Part shown: positions 9,484-18,179 of the stretch, piece by piece | Position numbering within the stretch: position 1 is the first letter of the stretch | Layout: each line of letters starts with the position of its first letter | NCBI GenBank assembly: GCA_965222075.1 | Contig: OZ244937.1 | Location: 4,160,001 to 4,224,000 of the forward strand | DNA from: Candidatus Latescibacterota bacterium | Lineage (GTDB): Bacteria; Latescibacterota; UBA2968; GCA-2709665 | DNA length: 64,000 bases | Direction of reading: 5' to 3' | Notes under the pieces: generated by a model | The model's input: the letters and a program-made list of their open reading frames with translations, nothing else | Database searches by the model: none | What the model was told of the DNA's origin: nothing | Program-made: the position numbers and the translations under genes

Positions 9484-10281
9484 TCACACTGGCTTTTGAA
9501 CAGCCACCGTGAGCCAAACAGGAAGTGCTGTCCTGGGGTTCTTCTTCCAGTCCAGTAGACTCTCGTCCGTCCCCGGTTGATAGGAGGAATCCTGCCAGTG
9601 CCTCGAGTCTTCCGCAGGACTCTCCAGAATACGGCGAAGAGAGAAGCCAGTACCTACCAACGGATTGAGCACGTCAGCCAGCGTCCAGTTCCACGTAAAC
9701 GTGCCATTTTTTTCATCACAAATCGGTCCAGTCTCCCAGTATGGTTTCTCCACTTCGATAGGATAAACTTGCTCTTTCCACGGACGCTGGAAAGGATGGA
9801 TGTCATAGAAGACGTAGTGACCCCCTGGCCGCAGGATCCGAAAGACTTCGCCAAACACCGACTTCAACTCGGCAATCCAAACGAAGAAGCCGTTGGAAGA
9901 GCACACGAGGTCGAACGAAGCAGCTTCAACAGAGTCCAGGCTTGCTGCATCGGCTCCAATGAACTCTATGCTCAAGCCTAGCTGCTGGGCTCGCTTGGAG
10001 GCTACGTCGAGTTGTCGCTCCGAGATGTCGATCGATGTGACCTTTGCCCCAAGTCCACATAAGGCAAATGCAGCGTAATTATCACCGCTGCCTATCACGC
10101 ACACATCCTTCCCTTTTGGCTCGCCCGAAACCTGACGGACCAACCCAAGGGCATCACCTTGAAACCCGAGGTCAGGCTCGCGCGGACACCGTTGCCAAAG
10201 GTCGTCCTCATCTCGAAGTCGCTCCCACCCGTCAGCTGCGTTGTTCCAGTGACGTCGGTTAGCGCTGTGCATGCTGTTCAT
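9484..10281 (-). CDS. Class I SAM-dependent methyltransferase; cassette gene
   Basis: VTSIDISERQL, FDLV and RILRPGGHYVFYDIHP. Confidence 0.88.
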   Translation of the reverse strand: MNSMHSANRRHWNNAADGWERLRDEDDLWQRCPREPDLGFQGDALGLVRQVSGEPKGKDVCVIGSGDNYAAFALCGLGAKVTSIDISERQLDVASKRAQQLGLSIEFIGADAASLDSVEAASFDLVCSSNGFFVWIAELKSVFGEVFRILRPGGHYVFYDIHPFQRPWKEQVYPIEVEKPYWETGPICDEKNGTFTWNWTLADVLNPLVGTGFSLRRILESPAEDSRHWQDSSYQPGTDESLLDWKKNPRTALPVWLTVAVQKPV

Positions 10282-10309
10282 AGCTCAGTACCGGACCTCA
10301 GGGCATGCC

Positions 10310-10387
10310 GCATAACGTTCAAGAATTCTCGAATCTGCGGAGCAGGTTTCTCCGGAGCAAAGCGAAGGCGAGAATTCTGTGTTATGT
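10310..10387 (-). repeat. attC site 7
   Basis: GCATAAC...AGAATTCTCG...CGAGAATTCT...GTTATGT. Confidence 0.88.
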
Positions 10388-10499
10388 GCTGGGCTGTTTT
10401 TGTCATCATAAGGAAAGAAATAGAGAGACACCCATCACATTTTCTGCTTTTTTGAAAGCATCTGTCTGGAAGCTACCCTACACCCGATAGAGAAGACTT

Positions 10500-11285
10500 T
10501 TATCTTCTTTTTTCACCAATTTCACCGATGGTATCGCCGGTTATTTTGATGGTGTGGGTGTCTACTCGCTCAACGTCCTCACGGGCAGCTCTGGCCTCGG
10601 CACTGGCAGCGGACTGATATTCGGTCACGAAAATATACGGGGATGGGATTGTATAAGGTGTGATTTCCCCGATCCGCCCCATGGCTTTGCGAGCGCCCTC
10701 CCGGATCAAATCCCGAGCTTTGGTGGGAGAGAGGGTGAGAGCACCCGTGCGGCTGAGCCCCTCTTTCACGACAACGCCTTCAATGGCAGGAACGTAACGT
10801 CGGGCCTCGTCCACAGCAGCCCGATCCCCGCTGACGAAAACCGTGGGCACGCCAACCTCACCGGCATAAGCCATGTTGAAACCAATTTCACCGATCAGTT
10901 CATCGTTCAACCAGCAGTTGGCAATGCTTCGGGAGCTCCAGCTGTGACACAGCACACCATCAGGTGTGTTGTCCATCGCGTGATGGCCATACAAAAACTG
11001 CGCCTCAAATGTCAATCCCATCTCCCACACAGATCCCCTGGGGCGGCCGAATATCACCCGGGCTTCACGGTGGATATGTTCGATATTGATTCCACCACTG
11101 CCGTGTCCGTCCAGCACGATAGGATCTGTGGCGCCTCCTTCCATAGCACCGTCTATGAGGGCGTTGATCTCCAGAGTGGCCAGATATTTGGCCTGTTCGT
11201 TGTCGCGACCCCCATCGTAAGTCTGAGTTTTGAAATCTACGATGCCGGCAGTGCCCTCCAAATCGCACAAGATAAGAATTCTCAT
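10500..11285 (-). CDS. M55-family D-aminopeptidase (DppA-like); cassette gene
   Basis: DLEG, DGHG, GHHAM..GVLCHS, GEIG and VFVSGD. Confidence 0.9.
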   Translation of the reverse strand: MRILILCDLEGTAGIVDFKTQTYDGGRDNEQAKYLATLEINALIDGAMEGGATDPIVLDGHGSGGINIEHIHREARVIFGRPRGSVWEMGLTFEAQFLYGHHAMDNTPDGVLCHSWSSRSIANCWLNDELIGEIGFNMAYAGEVGVPTVFVSGDRAAVDEARRYVPAIEGVVVKEGLSRTGALTLSPTKARDLIREGARKAMGRIGEITPYTIPSPYIFVTEYQSAASAEARAAREDVERVDTHTIKITGDTIGEIGEKRR

Positions 11286-11392
11286 GGAAAGCCTCCTGAT
11301 GAACTTGACGGGAAGATATTATCAAATTGTGTTCACGTCTGAACGTATCTTCACCGATTTCTATTTACTCATTCACACAAAAACAGCCTTGC

Positions 11393-11486
11393 ACATAACG
11401 TTTTCGCCGTGCCCGAACCGGCGCAGCCGGTTGCGCGAAGGCCCATCAGCGCCGAACGGCGCGCAGCGTGAATTGCTGTGATATAT
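11393..11486 (-). repeat. attC site 8 (non-canonical GAT at the right end)
   Basis: ACATAAC...internal hairpins as in the other sites...GATATAT. Confidence 0.75.
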
Positions 11487-11578
11487 GAAGTGGAATACTC
11501 TGCATCTGATGGAACATATGTGTGGGTTCATTTGTACTCAGCCATTCGGTCGAATGCGGTGGGGCGACGTCGGGATTT

Positions 11579-12094
11579 TCAAGCATCAATTAGAGCGTCC
11601 ACATTGTCCTGGTTCGGTTGCGTCGAATCAATTTCCAGATCGTACTCCGTGAAACCGTGGACTACTTGATAGTCCATTCGAGCTTCCCCAACTCGTCGAT
11701 TTCCCCTCTCGCGCTCCCTTCGCTCCAGCTCAGAAAGCGGACAGTGTATACCAACGAAGAACACGTCAAACCCAGCGAGAAGCCTCACCAGATCCGACAT
11801 CCACTTCTCACTCTCCACGATGTGATCAACGATGAGATTGTTGCCTGCTTCAGCCAATACCGGCAGACAGCGATGAAACCCATCGAAAACGGCGGGACGC
11901 ATGGCCGACCAATCGATTTCCCCACTGTGAATACGGGCCATTGGCAGGGCGTTGGAATCCCGAAGATGGTCAAAAGAAAAATGCCAGAACGGTATTGGTA
12001 GTTTCTGCTGCAAAAGGCGGGCAAGCGTAGACTTTCCGGCGCTCGACGGTCCGTTGAGGAGTATAATCTTTCCTGGTTCGCGATTGGCGTTCAT
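11579..12094 (-). CDS. Chloramphenicol phosphotransferase (CPT)-like kinase, possibly truncated by a nonsense mutation
   Basis: IILLNGPSSAGKST, GNNLIVDH, LERRERERGNR and YDLEIDS; the reading frame continues past the TGA. Confidence 0.85.
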   Translation of the reverse strand: MNANREPGKIILLNGPSSAGKSTLARLLQQKLPIPFWHFSFDHLRDSNALPMARIHSGEIDWSAMRPAVFDGFHRCLPVLAEAGNNLIVDHIVESEKWMSDLVRLLAGFDVFFVGIHCPLSELERRERERGNRRVGEARMDYQVVHGFTEYDLEIDSTQPNQDNVDALIDA

Positions 12095-12157
12095 GGATTT
12101 CAATTGCCCAAGAAATATTCTGAAGATGCCATGGGTAAGCCTCTGCTTATCCATTTC

Positions 12158-12242
12158 ATATATCGTTTCCGCCGTGCGCGAACTGCCGCAGGCAGTTGAA
12201 CAAAGGTGCGGATACACCGAGCCGCACACGGACGTGTTAAGC
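12158..12242 (-). repeat. attC site 9 (non-canonical ATC at the left end)
   Basis: ATATATC...CCGTGCGCG...CGCACACGG...GTTAAGC. Confidence 0.8.
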
Positions 12243-13299
12243 GCCGGTGCGACTCTGCCAATCCCAACTCACAACCTTACGAAGCAACTCCATCCTCTCC
12301 GAGATGTGGTAGTTCAAGAGCAATCGGCGTAGCACGACTACTGTCAGAAACCACCGCAGGACGCCGTCCTCCCAAATGGGTTCAGGCTTGTCCGTCGCCG
12401 CCGTGTACGCCTCGACAAATTGCCTGCCCAAATCCAGCGACACTTCAGGGAAAAGACCTTCTCGACCTCCGTACTGGAGTGACGCGAATGCCACATCATA
12501 GAGCGAGTAGTCAATGACAGCCATGTCGAAGTCCCAAACGTTAGCGATCTTCGACTCCCATATCCGCAAGTTACAGGGGCGGTAATCTTGGTGGGTAATC
12601 GATAGCACTTCCCACTCGTCGCATAATGACTAAACCGAGGAGGCATTGGATTGTACGAAGCGGAGTTGGGATCTAAGGAATACTGTGTCATCCTCACTTA
12701 GCTCGTTCCACCGGAAACCTCCAGAAATTTGCTCCGACGACTCAGCCCACCTGGTCGAAGGTAGGTAGTACCAACCCAAGTCCTCTCTATCTGACTCGGC
12801 TCGGAGTTCGTCCCTGTATTTACGACCCGCCGAGTGAAGCTCCGCCAGAGTCTGGGCTGCGTCAGTAATCAGATCGTGTGAGTCCCAAGGCGGATTCGCA
12901 TCGGATGGCATGTAAGGGTTCAGCACCCACCAGTCTTCACCTCCCCAGTAGCAGTAACTTCCATCCAGTGTCTGAACCGGCAATGAAACTCGGTCAAAAC
13001 CGTTGTACTTGAGGACCTCCATCAGCCGGAACTGGTAGCTTTTTACTGTCTGCCTGGAATTCTGTCTGCAGGAAGAAGTGGCTGAAATTCAGCCAACCGC
13101 AGACCAACCGAGAAGCAGCAGGTTTCTCCGGAAACTCGGTGTTACTGTGGCAGTTTGGGAATTCGCCTTCTTTGGTTTTTCTCTTCCCCTGGGATGACTC
13201 CAGGAAGAAGTGGCTACTGAAATGAGCTCGAAATTCAGCCAACCGCAGACCAGTGAGACCGTAGGCGGCGGTGGCTATGTCCTTCCAGCGATTGTCCAT
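12237..13299 (-). pseudogene. APH/type II homoserine kinase-like phosphotransferase, fragmented
   Basis: Three ORF pieces with LAELH, THQDYRPCN and WDFD motifs; stop codon lies in the attC 9 inverse core. Confidence 0.7.
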
Positions 13300-13327
13300 G
13301 GTCGACTTGGAGAGTTGCAGCACTGGC

Positions 13328-13416
13328 GCTTAACGTTCCCGCGGGCTGCGAACCTGCCGCAGGCAGGTTGGATTGTAGGCCCGAAAGGGCCGGAGCCGCA
13401 GCCCGGCGTGTTATGT
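13328..13416 (-). repeat. attC site 10
   Basis: GCTTAAC...CGGGCTGCG...CGCAGCCCG...GTTATGT. Confidence 0.9.
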
Positions 13417-13497
13417 GAAGTGCAAGCCTTGGACGTGGTAAACAATACAGCGTGCGACATAGCCTAATTTCTCTTCGTCAAAAATGCAAGCACCCAG

Positions 13498-14653
13498 CTA
13501 CGACCCAATCAATGCAGCCTGGAATTCAGGATCATCTTGAACGTCTTCGAACTCCTCGGCTCTACCATGTTTCCCAAAGCGAGAGTATACAACGCCCTGC
13601 TTGAGGAGTGATAATACTTGAGTTCGATCCCTTTTCGGTCGCCCAAATTGATGCAGCAAGCCACAGGTAAGAGTGACTCGAAGGAATTCCCAATTCAATT
13701 GCTCGACGGAAAAGCGGTATCGCCAAATCGTATTGCCGAGCGCGGTAAATAGGTGCCGCAGTATTATGATACAAACCCCACAAAACGCTTACTTCCTCCC
13801 GTTTCAATTCTGCACGGTGCTCATACTGCTGTTCCAAACGAGAAGTGACGATCTGTGCGACCCGCCGTAAATTGGGAATATCATCTAGAATTCGATATGC
13901 CTCAATCTCAACAGCCCTTGCATCAAACTCAGTTTCTGCGGCCTCCTCCCAAAATTTCTCCTCCCGACTGAGTCGATCCAATGCCTCTGCTTCCTTGAGT
14001 GCTTCGGTCGGTCTACCTGAGTAATTCAAAACAACGCATGCAGTGCGGATGTAGTAACGCCTCTCCACCTGGTTGTGGGTGGTCGGAGGGACTTCACGGG
14101 TTAGTTCTCGGTAAATATGAAGCCATTCGTCCGATCTGGCTACCTCTATCCAGCATCGGGCTTGAGTTCCATCATACATAATTCTAAAGAGCAAACATTC
14201 GTCTGCGGGCACTTCTTTTCTGTACGGTCTCCAATCGTGCCCAAAATCGAAAGGCCATTCAGCCGGAAGCCACCAATCCGGAGAAGGAAGAATTTGACGG
14301 CCCCAATCAAGATACTCCTTTTGAGTTTTGACTGCCTCTTCACATCGGCGCAACATAGCCAGATTGTCTATCAGATTCCACCTTGTCCAATTTTCTTCGG
14401 ATATTCCCAGTGATGGAATACCAAGATATCGATCTAAGAGATCAACAATTGCTTCTTTGTCGCCCAGTCGAGAAAATAGCTCAAAACCTTTGTGAACGAT
14501 CTCCGAATTCCAGGATGTTTCTTCAAGTTCATCATACAGTAAGGTTCTACTATTTTCCAGAAGTGCGCGGTCTGCTTTGGTGGCATCCTTTTCGAACTGT
14601 CGTCTGTAATCTTGGACGATCTCCACAATTGATGGATTTGGTTTTACTTGCAT
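13498..14653 (-). pseudogene. TPR-like helical protein with an apparent frameshift near the C-terminus
   Basis: TPR motif YDLAIPLFRRAIELG...YLWLA; a second frame gives a typical ending ...EEFEDVQDDPEFQAALIGS. Confidence 0.6.
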
Positions 14654-14807
14654 GTGAAACTCCTCTATTATTAGAGTTAGATTGATCAGGGATCTACTTT
14701 ATTTGACACCATACAAGGTGGGGAAGTTCATTGCATCAGAAATCATATAGATTGGGCAGGGCAGATTGCCGATGTTTCTGCATGCTATCGAGATTTTTGA
14801 CGTTGGC

Positions 14808-14893
14808 GGGTAACGTTTTCCGGTTTGCAAACCCGCGAAGCGGGTTGGTGCGCAGGCGCGAATGCGCCGGAGCCGTGGGTGCTCGTGTTACAA
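14808..14893 (-). repeat. attC site 11 (degenerate)
   Basis: GGGTAAC...AACCCGCGAAGCGGGTT...GTTACAA; main stem poorly paired. Confidence 0.72.
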
Positions 14894-14931
14894 GTTGCTC
14901 GCAGCGCTCAGCAGAGAAGTGGATTACCGTT

Positions 14932-15462
14932 CTACAGACGTCTGGAATTGATGGTTAGCTGAGTCAGAAGCAGGGTCGAGGTGAGCATAACCAGAACAAG
15001 CAATACCAATACAAGCCCCAGGGGTGATATGGCAAGGGACTTCGTGGCATGCAGCACCTGTCTTGTCACAATGGGAATCGTCACGGCAGCGCTCAGGAAG
15101 GCTTCCCCCACTCCGCGCAAGGCCCCGATCATTCCGCGGAGTTCCTGGTAGCCCAGGGTGGCTGAAACACCCCCAGCCAGAAGAAAGACACTAGCGACAT
15201 AGGCCACAATAGCAGCAGTGGCCCCATTGCTTTTCGTTGTGCGCTGCCGAGCAGCAGATGCAACAATGAGCGTTGTGAAACCGGCGGGTGGCACGCTCAG
15301 CGTCTGCCCCTGAAGTGCTCTCTCCAGCCGCCTTGCTGCCTCAAAGTGCATTTGGCAAGTCTTACATTCACGTATGTGGCCCTCTACATCGGCCTTCTCT
15401 CCAGGCGAGAGCGAATCCTCAAGGTAGTCCTGCAGGTCGGATTGGATGTGCTCACAGTTCAT
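14932..15462 (-). CDS. Zinc-binding (zf-HC2) membrane anti-sigma factor
   Basis: MNCEHI...HIRECKTC (HxxxCxxC) plus two hydrophobic helices; overlaps the sigma factor stop (ATGA). Confidence 0.9.
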   Translation of the reverse strand: MNCEHIQSDLQDYLEDSLSPGEKADVEGHIRECKTCQMHFEAARRLERALQGQTLSVPPAGFTTLIVASAARQRTTKSNGATAAIVAYVASVFLLAGGVSATLGYQELRGMIGALRGVGEAFLSAAVTIPIVTRQVLHATKSLAISPLGLVLVLLVLVMLTSTLLLTQLTINSRRL

Positions 15463-16025
15463 TCAGTAGCCGTCCCTTCTTCCAATGCCCACTTCCGCAG
15501 TAGCTCCCTTGCGCGGAACAGGTAAGTCTTCACCGTCCCGATCGGTATGCTCATCACGTCCGCAACCTGCTGGTAGCTTCGATCCTGTAAGTAGAAGAGT
15601 GTCACTACCAGCCTGTAATTAGGCTGTAATCTGCCCAGCCACCGGTTCAGATCCTTTGACACATCTACTCGATGGAAGGCGGGATCAGACTGAGATGCCA
15701 GGTCCTTGTCGATGGCATTCTCAGCGGGATCCTCGTCCAGGCTCACGTGTTGCCTTGATTGATGCGGACGTCTTAGTTCCTCTAGACAGACACGGGTAGT
15801 GATGCCGTAGATCCACGTTGATAGCTTCGCCTGTCGTCTGAACCGAGGCAAGCCCCGAAAAACCCTCAAAAAGACCTCCTGGGCAAGGTCTTCCGTAGCT
15901 GTTGGATTCTGCACTACACGATCAATGATGCTGAACACCAATGCTTTGTGCTGATCCACAAGTTCAGCATAAGCATCTTGTAATCCTCTGAGACACCTGT
16001 CAATGAGGTCGTTCTCATCGGCCAT
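15459..16025 (-). CDS. ECF sigma-70 factor
   Basis: EDLAQEVFLRV, LSTWIYGI and IPIGTVKTYLFRAR. Confidence 0.93.
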   Translation of the reverse strand: MADENDLIDRCLRGLQDAYAELVDQHKALVFSIIDRVVQNPTATEDLAQEVFLRVFRGLPRFRRQAKLSTWIYGITTRVCLEELRRPHQSRQHVSLDEDPAENAIDKDLASQSDPAFHRVDVSKDLNRWLGRLQPNYRLVVTLFYLQDRSYQQVADVMSIPIGTVKTYLFRARELLRKWALEEGTATE

Positions 16026-16090
16026 TTCGCGCCCTTGATCAAGACTGCGCTCCGACTGCTTTCACAACAAGAGTGAGTACCTTTCACAAC

Positions 16091-16160
16091 ATGAGTGAGC
16101 ACTCGAAGTCAGGATGTTTCAAGAAAGTTGAAACAAATACCATTGCTACCATCACACATG
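16091..16160. promoter_or_regulatory. Back-to-back putative ECF promoters, TGAAACA-N16-TCAC(A/T)CATG on each strand
   Basis: Plus strand: TGAAAC at 16129-16134 and TCACACATG at 16152-16160. Minus strand: TGAAAC at 16121-16116 and TCACTCATG at 16098-16090. Confidence 0.6.
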
Positions 16161-16209
16161 ACACAAGAGCCCACGAGTGCCTATCAAAATCTATCGAGGA
16201 GGCTATCTG

Positions 16210-16644
16210 ATGAAGCCGCGATCCGGTCTTTGTTTGCTTGTCGTCACCATCCTGGCTTTTGTCGCCAGCCCTGCGGAAGCTGTAGACGAATCAACAATGG
16301 AGATGGTTGTGGGAGGGATTCTATTCTTGCCACTTCCCATAATTGCAGCAGGAATCATCCTCTATCCCATCCTCAAGCAGTACAATCGAAGGAAAGTGTT
16401 CATTGCCGCGATCGAAAAGGGAGCATCCCTCGTTGACATCCCTCAAGAGGCAGAAGGCGACCTTCGCAAGCCATCGCTTGTGCTGATCGCTATCGGATTG
16501 GGGTTCTCGATTGCTACGTTTGTGACACTCTCCTATGTCGATGTTTCTGAGGCCCCTCCGCTGATGGTAAGCATTTGGGGTATTGTGCCCATTCTCGTCG
16601 GTATAGCACTCATGATTTACAGGCGGCTAGCTGATAGTGATTGA
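16210..16644 (+). CDS. DUF6249-like membrane protein divergent from the ECF sigma
   Basis: GAGGAGG RBS; signal-like N-terminus, AAIEKG motif and three TM helices. Confidence 0.7.
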   Translation: MKPRSGLCLLVVTILAFVASPAEAVDESTMEMVVGGILFLPLPIIAAGIILYPILKQYNRRKVFIAAIEKGASLVDIPQEAEGDLRKPSLVLIAIGLGFSIATFVTLSYVDVSEAPPLMVSIWGIVPILVGIALMIYRRLADSD

Positions 16645-16679
16645 TTGAAGGCGTTGGTAGAGAATCAAGTTTTCAGCAA

Positions 16680-16696
16680 CTTGCATTGCACATAAC
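16680..16696 (-). other. Isolated GTTATGT core site marking the 5' boundary of the array (attI- or secondary-site-like)
   Basis: Minus strand reads GTTATGTGCAATGCAAG; no attC hairpin on the far side; base composition changes here. Confidence 0.55.
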
Positions 16697-16820
16697 GAAG
16701 CGGCGTGAACTATCTTCCTGAGGTTATTATCAATCTCAACGCCCCGAGTGGGCACAGGAAGGAGCATGAAGAAGATAGCAAAACAGTGAAGTGGCCGATT
16801 GTAGAAAGGAGTATACCCAC

Positions 16821-18128
16821 GTGAGCCCATCCCCCAGAGACGACGGCTACCGGGGCATCTGGTTTACGCTCGGCCAGATGTGCGACTACGGCGACAAGTA
16901 TTCCGGCGGTCTGGGCACCTACACGGCCAAGCACGTTCCCTTAGCCGTGTACGCGCCTCAAGCCAACAAAACCTTCTTTGTCTACGGCGGTGCCAGAGGG
17001 GGACGGCGCCACCTGCTGGCTATGGCCTCCTATTACGACCACGACCGCCACCGCGTGCCCCGTCCCACCATCGTCCATGACAAAGGGGGTGTGGACGACC
17101 CCCACGACAACCCCAGCATCGCCTTGGACGAACAGGGCCACGTCTGGGTCTTTGTCAGCGGCAGGGGCCGCAAACGGCCCGGCTTCAAATACCGCAGCCT
17201 GGAACCCTGCAGCATCGACGCCTTCGAGCAGATTAGCGAAGAGGAAATGACCTACCCCCAGCCCTGGTGGATCGAAGGGCAGGGATTTCTTCACCTCTTC
17301 ACAAAATACACCGGCGTGCGCGAACTCTACTGGAACACCAGCCCCGACGGCAGGGCCTGGTCTCCGCATCGTAAACTCGCGGGCATGGACGGCCACTACC
17401 AGACCAGCCGGCAGCAGGGCACACGTGTCATCACCGCATTCAACATGCACCCCGAAGGCAAGCCGGACAAGCGCACCAACCTCTATTTTGTGCAGACCGA
17501 CGACATGGGCCAGACCTGGCGCACCGCCGACGGCTCACCCGTCGACACCCCCCTGATTGACATCGACTGTCCTGCGCTCGTGCGCGACTTCAGGTCCGAG
17601 GCCCGGCTGGTCTACATAAAAGACATCACCTTCGACCCCGAAGGCCGACCCGTCATCCTGGTCGTAGCCAGCCGGGACTATGCCCCCGGACCGGGCGGGC
17701 ATCCCCGTATCTGGACCCTCTGTCAGTGGACGGGGGAAAGCTGGCAGTTCAACGAGGTCACCACCTCCACCCACAACTACGACATGGGATCGCTCTACAT
17801 CGAAGAGGACGGACAGTACCGAATCATCGCCCCCACCGGTCCCGGGCCGCAGCGTCATGGAACGGGGGGCGAAATGGCGCTCTGGACAAGCGCCGACCGG
17901 GGCAGAACGTGGCGGAAAGAACGCGACATCACCCACAGCAGCCCCTTAAACCACGCCTACGCCCGGAACCCCGTCAACGCGCACCCCGGCTTCTATGCCT
18001 TCTGGGCGGACGGCAACCCGGATGAAATGTCGGAATCACAGCTCTATTTCACGAACAGAACGGGCGATCAGGTATGGGCGTTGCCCTACACCATGGCCGG
18101 TGATTTCGCCGAGCCTGAACCGGTTTAG
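16821..18128 (+). CDS. BNR-4 repeat (Asp-box) beta-propeller protein
   Basis: DKYSGGLGTYTAKH, DPHDNPSI and Asp boxes SPDGRAW, TDDMGQTW, SADRGRTW; GTG start after AAGGAG. Confidence 0.8.
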   Translation: MSPSPRDDGYRGIWFTLGQMCDYGDKYSGGLGTYTAKHVPLAVYAPQANKTFFVYGGARGGRRHLLAMASYYDHDRHRVPRPTIVHDKGGVDDPHDNPSIALDEQGHVWVFVSGRGRKRPGFKYRSLEPCSIDAFEQISEEEMTYPQPWWIEGQGFLHLFTKYTGVRELYWNTSPDGRAWSPHRKLAGMDGHYQTSRQQGTRVITAFNMHPEGKPDKRTNLYFVQTDDMGQTWRTADGSPVDTPLIDIDCPALVRDFRSEARLVYIKDITFDPEGRPVILVVASRDYAPGPGGHPRIWTLCQWTGESWQFNEVTTSTHNYDMGSLYIEEDGQYRIIAPTGPGPQRHGTGGEMALWTSADRGRTWRKERDITHSSPLNHAYARNPVNAHPGFYAFWADGNPDEMSESQLYFTNRTGDQVWALPYTMAGDFAEPEPV

Positions 18129-18179
18129 GCTCTCACGAAATATTTCACAGCCCCTGAAATCGCTTCAAGTCCAAACCTT

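Larger units (their letters stand above)
2654..16696 (-). mobile_element. Integron gene-cassette array with no integrase in the window (CALIN-like); extends beyond position 1
   Basis: 11 related imperfect palindromes bounded by RYYYAAC...GTTRRRY-like ends separate mostly single, co-oriented genes; core sites at the two ends of most cassettes are complementary. Confidence 0.92.

Noticed and set aside
11579-11581. TGA recoding (genetic code 4 or 25)
   Set aside because: Many intact genes here, including polA, the SDR and the DHOR gene, end normally at TGA.
2654-14893. Recurrent palindromes as a CRISPR array or as terminators
   Set aside because: They are 78-103 bp long, separated by whole genes and bounded by AAC/GTT cores; there are no cas genes and no U-tracts.
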